Below are positions 22,293 through 32,209 of a stretch of 64,000 bases of DNA, piece by piece. The position numbers and the translations under genes were made by a program. The notes under the pieces were generated by a model that had not been told where the DNA came from, ran no database searches, and saw only the letters and a list, made by a program, of their open reading frames with translations. Origin of the DNA: Trypanosoma brucei (taxonomy: Eukaryota); assembly GCA_000002445.1 (NCBI GenBank), contig CM000207.1, positions 1,376,001 to 1,440,000 of the forward strand, in the 5' to 3' direction. Position 1 is the stretch's first letter. The number at the start of each line of letters is the position of its first letter.

Positions 22293-22847
22293 GAAACCGT
22301 CGGAAACACTACGGATTAATTTACGGGAGGGTTTCTCTTCTCTTGTTAACTTGGTTGTTTATTACAAGCTTGAACTACTTCAGCTACCAAAAGTAACGGG
22401 AATACGCCAAGTACCAGTAGTAAAAAAGTTACAGACAACACCAACAAAAAAAATAATTGCGAAAGGATTTTAATGCGAACTTCAACATTCAATCCCTTGG
22501 AAGAGAAGTGAGCGGCATACAATACTGTCGAACAAGGGATCCCGAAAAGAAGTCTGTTAAAAGGAGGAGAAAAAATCGTGGATGGAACCAACAACAAAAA
22601 AGCTTGCATTGTCGCACACGTGCCACACCAACTGTACGAGCCGCACATCCATGCCGCAAAAACGGAACAGCCCAACCACATTGATTTGGTTGCTGTTTCA
22701 TTTTTCGCCTTTCCTTTATTTCTTCTTTCATCTTCCTTCAAATATTGTTAACGTGCTTCGACCCTTAACTTGTGTGTAAAATGTAAAGATACTCCCAGTT
22801 CCTTTCTTCATTGGGGTTCCCCTCCTTTTCATCCAACCCCATTAGTA

Positions 22848-23609
22848 TTAAGCATGAAAAATGTAGTGCATACCTCTCTTAGCATACACAAACACGCTTT
22901 TTGTTTTAGCATAGTTGAGGATTTCTCTGCTTGGGACTGCTGTAGTGCCAATGAAGAGGTGGGAACGCTTCGATAAGAGCTGTGCGTACAGTTGCTTCAG
23001 CTGACGGTGCCGGTCCCCTTCTGGTGGTTCTTTCGACCACTCCTTGAGGAACTGGCATGCCCCCGCGAGGTTATTTATTTGCGCTGGTGAGAGCGTGTTG
23101 TGACAACTTACCAGGCCGGAGTCGTTGGGTGCGCTTAAGATTCCATCAAACCATATCGTTGTCGGAATTTTGTCAGGGCTCTTCGCGTTGAATTGATTAC
23201 GCACCTCTAGATCCGCGGCCCGGAAGACAAATTTATAGTCTATGGGATCCACTCGGTGATCCATTGTGAAGGGGGAGCCTGCGCTGCAGCAAATAGCCCT
23301 CATTGTGTTATAGCTGGCGTTACTTTTCGCACGCCGTGGCAAAAGCTGATACAGGTTATCATCCTTGTGAATGCTTACCAGTTCAGCCCAATCGTCAATG
23401 AGCAGCGGCTGACCTACGGGGTGTTGAGGAGGGATGGCCCCGTATTGCCGCATTACGGTCTGCTGCTCAGGTGTTATGGCTTCAAAGACAAGAGATTTCG
23501 CCTCGTAAGCATCAAACACGCGGTTGTGGAGCTTCTGTTGCGTCACATTCCCCGACATGTCCCTCAGCCGAACCACTAAAGTTTGAAGAGTAGTGTTGAG
23601 TAGCGACAT
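22848..23609 (-). CDS. Conserved hypothetical protein (253 aa from the first ATG)
   Basis: The ORF-track start at 23639 is a GTG; the first ATG is at 23607-23609 (MSLLNTTLQ…). No recognisable domain. Confidence 0.6.
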   Translation of the reverse strand: MSLLNTTLQTLVVRLRDMSGNVTQQKLHNRVFDAYEAKSLVFEAITPEQQTVMRQYGAIPPQHPVGQPLLIDDWAELVSIHKDDNLYQLLPRRAKSNASYNTMRAICCSAGSPFTMDHRVDPIDYKFVFRAADLEVRNQFNAKSPDKIPTTIWFDGILSAPNDSGLVSCHNTLSPAQINNLAGACQFLKEWSKEPPEGDRHRQLKQLYAQLLSKRSHLFIGTTAVPSREILNYAKTKSVFVYAKRGMHYIFHA

Positions 23610-23980
23610 TTGATGTATTGTTAACGCATGCAGGTGCACTCAACTTACGAACTAAAACTACTGTGATGGTGGCACACAATGTCGGGATAAAAAAGAGTGT
23701 TTGGTCATAATGATAATAGCACTCACGCGCAGTTATACGGCAAACCGTTATTCCTCCTTCACTGTTATTACTTAATTATTTTTCACTTTTGCAAGATGGT
23801 CGGGAAGGGCAAGATGAAAAGTGGGAGGAATAGGTTGTGGAACGGCACCTCAATGCCGTCCTCCTTTCGAGCTACGGAGGTAAAGCAACAACAACAACAA
23901 CGAAAACCACCTCCCCTCTCATTTTTATTTGTGGTTCAAGTTCACAACTGAAGATACCACCACCCCAATGATTTCGCAAT

Positions 23981-25069
23981 TTACACGTGTAGTAGCTGCG
24001 CCTCATTCCCAGTTGTGATTGCTATCCACTGCTCGTGTTGGGAGGACCACGAGATGTTGTTGATTGGATTCTCCACTTTACAGCTCATGATGCATTTCGC
24101 CTCCACGTTTGGTAGCTCGTTAAGGTCCCAAATGTTCGCTGTGCCATCCTCCCCTGCGCTGCAGAGATTTATCATGGAGTTTGGCGCCCAACAAACGCTG
24201 TTAATGGGTTGTGGGTTTGCACTCTTTAACGATGCTACCGCTACCGCTGGGAAGCGTATATCTATAACGATCACCTCCGTTCCTTCAACCCCAAATGTTG
24301 AAATGTATGTCCGATCAGAATTGTCCCAAGCCACTCGCAGAAGCGGGAAGAGGGAACTTGACTCATAAAGAATGGTACAATGCTCAATTTCACGCAGGTC
24401 AAAAACTCGGACAGATCCGTCTGCGCCGCAGCTAGCAAATGTATGGGTTCCCTTTGCGAAGGCAATGTCATACACATCTTTATCGTGTGCAATGAGCCGC
24501 GTGTTTTTTCCAGTTTCCAGGTCCCATATGGTCACTGTTGTGTCTACGCTGCAACACCCTACGACATTCGGGTCATCGGTATTCCAGTCACATGAAGTAA
24601 CAGGAAAGCAGAGATCATTCGGTTGTTTACCATATTCGAACGCCATCTTGAACGAAACGTGTGAGTCGATATGATCCATTTTTGATGGAACGCGGCGCGG
24701 ATCATCGACCTCTCGGTGTCGCTCATCGCTGCGTTCATTGCTTTCTGGAGGCCCCTCCTTCACTTCCCAGAGTCGCATATAATCTGCCGTCGTGATGATC
24801 AGATCTGATCCTGCCTTGGGAGGGGCAAACATAACCTTCGTTGGTGGGTAGCTGTGACTCCACGTTGCTCTGCAAACTAACTCCCCCTCATCATTCTTTT
24901 GCACAATATCCACATAGTTCTTAAATTCCTGTATGTACGATGAAACAGCAAAGCGGAATGGTGCATTTTCTCTCGTGCTCCATGACACGCCGTTTGCCAA
25001 CCATCCCGTATTGTACGAAAGGATGCTTGGTCGCTGTTGTTGTTGTTGTTGCGGAATCTGGCTTCCCAT
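23981..25069 (-). CDS. WD40-repeat protein, DCAF7/WDR68 (HAN11/TTG1-like) family, 362 aa
   Basis: The ORF-track start at 25075 is a TTG; the ATG is at 25067-25069 (MGSQIPQQQQQQRP…). The segment …FRFAVSSYIQEFKNYVDIV…ATWSHSYPPTKVMFAPP…DLIITTADYMRLWEV… parallels DCAF7 (…YPTTKLMWIPD…DLLATSGDYLRVWRV…). Multiple WD repeats follow (…SCDWN…, …GSVRVFDLR…, …NSVCWAP…). The N-terminal Gln6 is encoded by (CAA)6. Confidence 0.8.
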   Translation of the reverse strand: MGSQIPQQQQQQRPSILSYNTGWLANGVSWSTRENAPFRFAVSSYIQEFKNYVDIVQKNDEGELVCRATWSHSYPPTKVMFAPPKAGSDLIITTADYMRLWEVKEGPPESNERSDERHREVDDPRRVPSKMDHIDSHVSFKMAFEYGKQPNDLCFPVTSCDWNTDDPNVVGCCSVDTTVTIWDLETGKNTRLIAHDKDVYDIAFAKGTHTFASCGADGSVRVFDLREIEHCTILYESSSLFPLLRVAWDNSDRTYISTFGVEGTEVIVIDIRFPAVAVASLKSANPQPINSVCWAPNSMINLCSAGEDGTANIWDLNELPNVEAKCIMSCKVENPINNISWSSQHEQWIAITTGNEAQLLHV

Positions 25070-25716
25070 CCTCAAATTGATGGATCCCTACCCCACAACA
25101 ACCGAATAAATACACAAAAACCTAAACCCAGAAAAAAAAATTAATTAAAAAAAGGAAATGACGCCAAACCTTGTGCTTACATGTGTTTACAGGTGATTTG
25201 GAGATAAGGAAACAAGGGAGGCAGAAGAAAACGTTTATCGTGCAGGAAATATTAGATGGGTGAATTGTCAATCAGAAGCTTCGGGTGGTGATGAAAAATA
25301 CCAAAAACTTACAGAGGGCGCAATCTAAAGAAGTGCTAAACATCAGGACTGAATGCTGTTTTGCAGCACTGCAGTAACAATAATGGTAGAAAGGCCAATT
25401 GATGTGGTCGAAAACAGGAAAGGAAAGAAAATAAACAAAAAGGGTTCCCCGACTGTCACTTCACAAAAAAAAAAAGTACCCTCTTTTTCTCTATTCCCTT
25501 ACTGCAACACGCACCTACATGATTTTTTTTTCTTGCAACAAAAAAAAGCAGAAAGAAAGAGGGTACATTTTCCTCACTTACCCACAGAATAGAGTTCCCG
25601 TTCCTTTCTTATGGATACGGCGTGCAGACCCGGCTCCCCGTCTCACTCCCTAATCCCACCATATCCCTTTTTTTTTCATCTTCATTTCCGCTTTTCTTTT
25701 CTTTTTTTCCCCCTCT

Positions 25717-25971
25717 TTAGTGCTCTTCATTCAGCCGTTTCTTGAGGGCTGCCACTTCCGCCTTGAGGCACGCGTTCTCCTGCTGGAGCGCTTCGTAATC
25801 CGCAGTGGAGGCGCCACCGAGCACTTTCTTAATGAAATCAACCGGATCATCAGGCTTTTCGGGTTCCTCATAGAGGTTAACGAGCACACGCGTGAGAGTG
25901 TCAATCACCTGCTTTCCCTCAAGGTACTTGCGGAACTCTTCCTTTTTCGCTTCGCTGGATTGGTATGACAT
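25717..25971 (-). CDS. MYCBP: c-Myc-binding protein (MYCBP/AMY-1) homolog, 84 aa
   Basis: The ORF-track start at 25998 is a TTG; the ATG is at 25969-25971 (MSYQSSEAKKEEFRKYLEGKQVIDTLTRVLVNLYEEPEKPDDPVDFIKKVLG…). This parallels human MYCBP (…KREQFRRYLEKSGVLDTLTKVLVALYEEPEKPNSALDFLKHHLG…). It ends in a coiled-coil tail. Confidence 0.75.
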   Translation of the reverse strand: MSYQSSEAKKEEFRKYLEGKQVIDTLTRVLVNLYEEPEKPDDPVDFIKKVLGGASTADYEALQQENACLKAEVAALKKRLNEEH

Positions 25972-26045
25972 CCTTGTTTTGCTGGCCTGGCTGCACAAAG
26001 TAACGTAGCTTCACTTTATTCTATTTTCAATATCGCAAGAAGCCG

Positions 26046-26061
26046 TGTATGTATGTATGTA

Positions 26062-26095
<34 letters not shown>
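26046..26095. repeat. Compound microsatellite (GTAT)5(GT)~15
   Basis: gtatgtatgtatgtatgtatgtgtgtgtgtgtgtgtgtgtgtgtgtg read directly, in the intergenic region downstream of MYCBP. Confidence 0.9.
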
Positions 26096-26096
<1 letters not shown>

Positions 26097-27129
26097 AAAT
26101 AACGGGAAATTAAAAAAACAAGAAAAAGGAGTTGCAGAGGATAATAGAAATTCGATAACAGTAACAAGCACAAACAGATGTATAGGGAACCACTTCATAT
26201 AGTAGGAAAGATAGAGTTAAGGGAATGGGGAGGAAGGGAGAAGTAGGAGTGGGAACAGAATAATAAGGGGACACTCCCAACGACAGAGCCTTCGCATTAC
26301 CCAACATTCACAACATCGTCGCCCTCCTTCCTCCAAGCAGAGACGGTGCTGCAGCACATACAGAAGGAAACGGTAGTCCGCATTCCCTCCACCTCAGCAT
26401 CACTGCATCGTTGCAGCTACAAATGCGTGCATTTCCATACCATAACATATATGTCAACAGAACAAGGCGCTGTCGTCGCGAGAGATATATTCGCCCCTTT
26501 CGGCTCCACAGCAGCCTTTTGGGGACAGTCACAGAGTAAACGCAACACGTGAAGGGAAAGTACTGAATTACCTTTCTACTCCCCTCCTCAAAACTCGCGA
26601 TCCTCTCATCCTCTCCCGGATAAAATGAATGCGCACTCCCAGTCATGCAAGGGATAATGTGCCCCCTCTCTCTCCCTTTTCCCTTCTCCCTAGATTATTT
26701 GTCCCCACATACTGCACCCACTTGATCACCAACAATGCTAGTCTTCCTTTCGGCCAATTGCCTTCACGGCTGCTAGCATTTGCTTGTTTCCTCCCGCGTG
26801 CCTCTTCGGCTGCGCTTTGCACATGCACATAAAAACGATGACCACAGCGATAATGTGCGCTAAAGCGACAAGAGCAACGAAGTACCACGTCGCGTCCCAC
26901 TCCGCGTGCATTGATTAACGGTACTCCTTAACAAAAGAGGAATTGGGCAGTTAGATGCATAAGGTCACGAAAAGTGTCACAGGGGGGTGGCAAAACAGTG
27001 AGAATGCGCATGCACGCACAAAGCAAACTTAACCAAGTTAGCGTGAGGAAACGACGCTCGCATCATCCAACGCTCCACAACATCAACGGACGCATCGGTA
27101 ACCCAACATTACAAAATCGACGCGAACAG

Positions 27130-27864
27130 TTATGGCACCCGCACGTGCACCGCATAATGTTTCTGGAGACCCTTCCTTGTTGTTCTTTGGGCGTCTTCAC
27201 TGCTGTTCGCAGCGTAGTCCAACATCTTTCGGACCATTTCATTTCCCGCCAGCTCTTCTTGGCTCAGCTGCCGAAACAGTGGGCAGCCGTCAAGGCATGT
27301 GACCATCCATCGCTCCAACTCCTCAACATCTGACACTGTAAAGAGAAAACCGCCAACTTTCAGCCAATAGGCATATTCTTGCACAAGCCCAGGGGAAATA
27401 ATGCGCCGGCGGACGTTCTTCCGTTTCCAGTGTGGGTCCGGGTAGCAGAAGAAAAGGGCCTGAAGTTGCCCCTTGTTGAAGCAGTTCGATCCAAACTTCA
27501 TAACATTGAGTTGTTCAAACCACACATTACGGTAGTGGTGCGAAGTGCCATCGGTTGCCGCCCCCTCGCGCAGTTTCATTACTTTATTCTGCGCAAACTC
27601 CACAACCTTTGGACGTATCTCAAGCCCCAACATACACATGTCAGGGAAATCCGGTGCGAGTGAAAAGAGCATTCCACCAAAGGCACAACCGACATCAACG
27701 AGAGTAATCACCGGGTTGTCCATTCCCGGGAAAAGCGTGGTGCATTGTTCCTGAAGTTCTGCTGGGCAATCCGGATGGTTATCACTATTTTCTGCGAGTG
27801 GGTTACGATGAGGTCGCGTGCGTATCGGTAGTCGCGTCCACTTCGGTTGTGTTGTGGAAGTCAT
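27130..27864 (-). CDS. TRM8: tRNA (guanine-N7)-methyltransferase (Trm8/METTL1/TrmB family), 244 aa
   Basis: The ORF-track start at 27900 is a TTG; the ATG is at 27862-27864 (MTSTTQPKW…). SAM-binding motif …ITLVDVGCAFGGMLFSLAPDFPDMCMLGLEIRPKVVEF…; conserved …ALFFCYPDPHWKRKNVRRRIISPGLVQEYAYWLKVGGFLFTVSDVEEL…WM…. Confidence 0.85.
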   Translation of the reverse strand: MTSTTQPKWTRLPIRTRPHRNPLAENSDNHPDCPAELQEQCTTLFPGMDNPVITLVDVGCAFGGMLFSLAPDFPDMCMLGLEIRPKVVEFAQNKVMKLREGAATDGTSHHYRNVWFEQLNVMKFGSNCFNKGQLQALFFCYPDPHWKRKNVRRRIISPGLVQEYAYWLKVGGFLFTVSDVEELERWMVTCLDGCPLFRQLSQEELAGNEMVRKMLDYAANSSEDAQRTTRKGLQKHYAVHVRVP

Positions 27865-28425
27865 TACAACCCTCAAGTCAGGAAGGGGGAGGGTTAACAA
27901 CTACACCTCGGATGGGTGGGTGAACTGTATGGAGGTAAAATATAATGCAAAGAAGGGGAATGAAGCATTTTTTTTTAAGTGGTATGAACAGACGGGAGAG
28001 GCTCTTTCTGATGCAGTTTCACAATGGAACAGGGTCGGCAGAAGCAGCAAACATTCGTGCGTACACGCACGCACACCCACAGAATGCTCTATATATGGTG
28101 TTGGTGAGACAAATCAGGTGAGCAACAGGTTGAAAAAGGAACAATAAGGTGGTAGAAGCAAAACAAGCCACCTCCACACAACACAGCAAGAGGGCTGACA
28201 CAAAATATGAGGGGTTGACACAGCAATGAAAACACTATACGCAGTCTTGAACGTATCAGCATATAGATAAACAAACATGTTCCAAAAGTCTCCGAGTGCC
28301 CGGCACATTAGGAATCTGTGGGTTGGTCCCGCAATGTGAACAGGTGCCCGTGGGGATGGTACCTCTACAACTCGGAGGCCAAGCACGCGACAAAAAGAAA
28401 ACAACAAAAAAACTGATGCCTTTAA

Positions 28426-29571
28426 TTACTCGATTTTATCTCGGGAGTGTTTCCTACCTTTAATCCGCTTCCGCATCACTGCATTTTCTGCAACTAGTAT
28501 TTCCAATTCAACCGTTAAGCGCTCAATGAGTGTATTGTACTCTTCCTTCTCCTCTCTAGATGAGTTCCTCAAATACGCCAGCTCCGCGTGCAGCTCCTCC
28601 CGTTCCCTTCTACTTTGCTTCTCTACTGCCATGCATTTTTCCTCAGCGGCCGCTAGCTTCTTGACAAGTGATTCTGTTGTTATATCACCACACTCACCTT
28701 CTCCCTTTTGTGTGGTGATGCTAACTGCGGGGAGGGAGCTACGGCTTATGTCTAAAATATGAGGACCTAAAGATGCCAACCCCGCCGGTGGTTGTGTTTG
28801 ACTGGGCGACTGCGGCCTGCTGGTGTTGTCCTCTTTCTCCGCTATGAGTCCCTGCGGTTGTCTCGGTTCCTCCGTCTCCGCCGTATGTTGTGATGGCACC
28901 TGTTTCAGGTTTTTCTCTTCGTCCCCCTCGTTTCCGCATGCACTTAACTGTTTTGTTAAGTTGAGTATACTTTGGTGCAGGTCGTCCACATTCTCCGAGG
29001 ATGCATCTGGGAGTGCTGGCGACGTTCGCTCCCCTCTCGCAATCGCGTTGTTAACGTGAAACGCGACTTCGCCGATTTTAGCGGCAAGGTTAACTTTCTC
29101 CCTCAGAAGTCCATTAACTAAAGCACAAGCTTCGTCTACGGAAAGCAGAAAGGCATTTTTCTCTTCGGCCATTTTGGCTTCACTGTAAAGTGCACCGTTA
29201 CGAGTTTTCCTTTTGGCAGAGCTGCGAGAACCTGATGACTCTCCCCGCTCCCTAACAGCCGAAGCAACTTCTCTGAGGGATATGTTACGGCACATGTCGA
29301 TCGCTGGTGCCCGCTTCATGGCTGAGCCCAAAGTCGTGAACGCGGATGCAATGACTTGCCTTTCCAGAAGTGAAGTATATTTCACCATTTCCATCAGTGC
29401 AGAAGATATGTCGGCTATGCGCTTGTCGCGGTCCAAAAGTTCTGATTTTAGTCGTTTCTCTGTCATTTCACATTGGTTCTCTAGGAAAATGCATTCATCT
29501 ATAACTTCCGAAAGGTTCTCTTTGACCTTTCGCAGCTCTTCTAAAAGTTTGGTAGTGTCAACCTCACACAT
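28426..29571 (-). CDS. Coiled-coil hypothetical protein (about 381 aa; alternative upstream ATG at 29706)
   Basis: The ORF-track start at 29704-29706 is an ATG, but its first 45 residues (MCISVASFTSFCLFFGSGF…) look like translated pyrimidine tract. The next ATG (29569-29571, MCEVDTTKLLEELRKVKENLSEV…) begins the heptad-rich body, which has long predicted coiled coils and no enzymatic motifs. Confidence 0.55.
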   Translation of the reverse strand: MCEVDTTKLLEELRKVKENLSEVIDECIFLENQCEMTEKRLKSELLDRDKRIADISSALMEMVKYTSLLERQVIASAFTTLGSAMKRAPAIDMCRNISLREVASAVRERGESSGSRSSAKRKTRNGALYSEAKMAEEKNAFLLSVDEACALVNGLLREKVNLAAKIGEVAFHVNNAIARGERTSPALPDASSENVDDLHQSILNLTKQLSACGNEGDEEKNLKQVPSQHTAETEEPRQPQGLIAEKEDNTSRPQSPSQTQPPAGLASLGPHILDISRSSLPAVSITTQKGEGECGDITTESLVKKLAAAEEKCMAVEKQSRREREELHAELAYLRNSSREEKEEYNTLIERLTVELEILVAENAVMRKRIKGRKHSRDKIE

Positions 29572-29865
29572 GCCGCAGGAAACCACTCTCTTTTTCTCTA
29601 TAATTGGATTTACTGTATTCTGGGGCGCGCTTAATAATTTGTTTTCCCTAAAGCCTGAACCGAAGAACAAACAGAAGGATGTAAAAGAAGCTACGGAAAT
29701 ACACATTTCCCCCCTTAGTTATGTTGGTGCGCAGAAAGGTGTAGGAGAAAGTATATTTTAGCGGTGAGGATCACCACGTCTGTGCGCTAGTTTGGTTGGC
29801 GCTGCGTAGGGGGCGATAATTTAGTCAGAGCCATTGGAGGGACCACAGTAAGGGGAAAGTTGGCT

Positions 29866-31221
29866 TCACCGCCCTGGAATAATGCGTATGCTTCGCCTGA
29901 AGCTTTCGTCGTGCGCACTCACACGGCTAATCGGCCCTTTCTTACGGCTGATGACCGTGCTGTCCCCACACGGTTTCCTGTTTGAAGGCGTGTTCTCCAC
30001 AGGTTCACCCTGCAACTCCTCCATAACTTCCCGCATTTCCTCCGAGTAGCGAGCCACTACGTCAGAGCTCTTTACGTCATGGGTCCACACGACTTCGTTT
30101 TCCTCATTGCTAGCTTCTGTCCCACTTCCTGCACCTCCGCCAATCCTTTGATACTCCTTCCCACTTACCGCCTGCCGCACTTTGTTGGGTAGCTTATCCA
30201 ACGTGATGCGACCCAAGTTTCCTAACTGGAAATCGTGTATGAGGAACTTTTGCGCGCGCGAAGGGTCTAAGTTCCCCAAATCAGTTTGACCGCTCGTTCC
30301 ACTTCTTTCACAGATCATGGAAATGCAGTCGTCAAAGCTAATGGGAGCTCGCGGCAGGTGCAGACATTCTGCCATATGCTCCCCCACCCCAGCCGCACTA
30401 AGGACATCGTAGATGTATCGAGCTACAAGGGAGCGTGGTAGCGTGATATCGTTGGTGGGGATAATTCCGCATGCGGCCAGTTTCAAACCTGCCTCTTTCG
30501 CAAAGCATCCAGGGAGTGTGAGACCTGGAGAGTCATAGAGAACAATGTTTGGATCTTTACAAACAGGGACGAGTTTCACGCCACGAGTTGTCCCTGGGGC
30601 AATACTCACAGCCTCCGGCGTACGTGGCCGCCTGAAATCCTCACGGTGAAACTGATACTCGTGTGCCAACCTAAGGGAATTAATTAGTGTGGATTTCCCA
30701 ACATTGGGCATTCCAACTACGAGGCCCACGTTAGCCGTTGTTTTGAATCGCTGCGCTGGGAGAATATGTGTCACGAAGCGTTGCACGGCCTCAACGGTGT
30801 CTCGCCAGCTTCGCTTTGCGCTAGTGAAGAGGGCGAAATTCCCTGTTCGCTCGTAGTACTGCTGAATGACCCGGTTACAGTCTTCGTTGGACATTTCAGC
30901 CTTGTTAAAAACAATCAGCCGCGGGCGATCAATGATAATCTTTTGAAGATTCGGGTTTCCCGTCGTAAATGGAAGCCTCGCGTCTCGTATCTCCAACACA
31001 AAGTCGGCGTCCTTCACCTTCTCTGCGAGGGTCCGCGAGGCCAGCTGCATATGCCCAAGGTACCACGCAGCTCCCTTTTCGTTAATGTCCACAAACGCTT
31101 CGCGGGACATGCCCTTCCTACTGGAATGGTCCATAGATTCCTTATAAGATGCCAGCACCCGCTTCACATTTCGCATAAACACCGGGTCATGAACATTTCG
31201 GCAAGTGAGTCCACGGCGCAT
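29866..31221 (-). CDS. MTG1: Circularly permuted YlqF/MTG1-type GTPase (probable mitochondrial ribosome-assembly GTPase), about 451 aa
   Basis: The ORF-track start at 31461 is a GTG. I chose the ATG at 31219-31221 (MRRGLTCRNVHDPVFMRNVKR…, basic presequence-like). Alternative starts are M96, M110 and M118. The permuted motif order is G4 (LIVFNKAEM) before G1 (GMPNVGKSTLINSL) and G3 (YDSPGLTLPG). The N-terminal …WYLGHMQLASRTL…LEIRDARLPFTTGNP… matches the YlqF/MTG1 N-terminus. Confidence 0.8.
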   Translation of the reverse strand: MRRGLTCRNVHDPVFMRNVKRVLASYKESMDHSSRKGMSREAFVDINEKGAAWYLGHMQLASRTLAEKVKDADFVLEIRDARLPFTTGNPNLQKIIIDRPRLIVFNKAEMSNEDCNRVIQQYYERTGNFALFTSAKRSWRDTVEAVQRFVTHILPAQRFKTTANVGLVVGMPNVGKSTLINSLRLAHEYQFHREDFRRPRTPEAVSIAPGTTRGVKLVPVCKDPNIVLYDSPGLTLPGCFAKEAGLKLAACGIIPTNDITLPRSLVARYIYDVLSAAGVGEHMAECLHLPRAPISFDDCISMICERSGTSGQTDLGNLDPSRAQKFLIHDFQLGNLGRITLDKLPNKVRQAVSGKEYQRIGGGAGSGTEASNEENEVVWTHDVKSSDVVARYSEEMREVMEELQGEPVENTPSNRKPCGDSTVISRKKGPISRVSAHDESFRRSIRIIPGR

Positions 31222-32209
31222 TCCTTTCCACTGCACTTCAAACCATTGTGAGTTCCGCACAAACAAAGTGTGCAAACGGATATTTATGCGCGCAGTAAAA
31301 TAGTAACAAGCCGCGATGAAAGGGAATGTAATGTGAAGTATCAAGGCCTCAACCACAAAGCAGAAATCAAAAAATGACAACCTGAGAGATAGCGAGTTAA
31401 TGCAGGTCTCTAGGGTCACAGAGGCTGAGCCCAACAGCTGCCTTCGGCAGAAAATCAACACGATAATTAGAAGATTAATACCAACAAAAAAGAGACCACC
31501 TCTCCAGCTCGCCTCAGGGTATCAAAAGCGACAACCGCTGCACACACACACACACGGCACAGGTGTGTGAATGACCAGCTTCGCTTATACTAGTCATAAA
31601 TGACTAGAAGCCAGTGGTTTCCGTTTCCATAAACCCCGGGTCTTCCCTCTTCCCCTGCTCAATGTATATCTATATTTCATTCTTCGGTACACCATAATCA
31701 AAAACATGTAATTTCACCCTTCCCCTCCCTGTCATCAGTATCGTTAGAGCTGCCGCACCCCTCCGCAAAAGAGTTTATGCAAATTACATGTACACCTTTC
31801 CCCCCTTAAGTACCGATTTTTCACAAGGGACGTTACTCTTTGAGAATTTCACCTGCGATACACCTGTATAGACGCGCCCACATCATACTTCTCGCGCACG
31901 CACTTAACTTTGTTTGGTTATGCTCAACAGGCTAGGGGGGAACTACAAACAGGTACACGTCAAAACAACCTTCCTTGCAGTCTGAGTTTTGATAGAGAAA
32001 TGCCACAGAGGAAAAGGGAAGGGGGGGGGGAGGGCACTGAAGTTGTTATCATCAATTAGAGCAAAAATCTGTGAACGTAACACAGAGTCGCGGTCAAACA
32101 AACAAAAATGATGGTTCGTTCCCCCCTCATTAATGAGAGAAAACGGGAAAAGTCGCTTTTGTATTCCCCTGTGAAGTTGTCGTATCTTAGAGTGCATTCC
32201 TACGCCGTT

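Noticed and set aside
29572-29706. The upstream ATG at 29706 as the start of the coiled-coil protein
   Set aside because: The first 45 codons translate a pyrimidine-rich, Phe/Ser/Cys/Leu-biased stretch typical of a splice-acceptor tract. The downstream ATG at 29571 begins the heptad-repeat body. I kept it as an alternative in the feature note.
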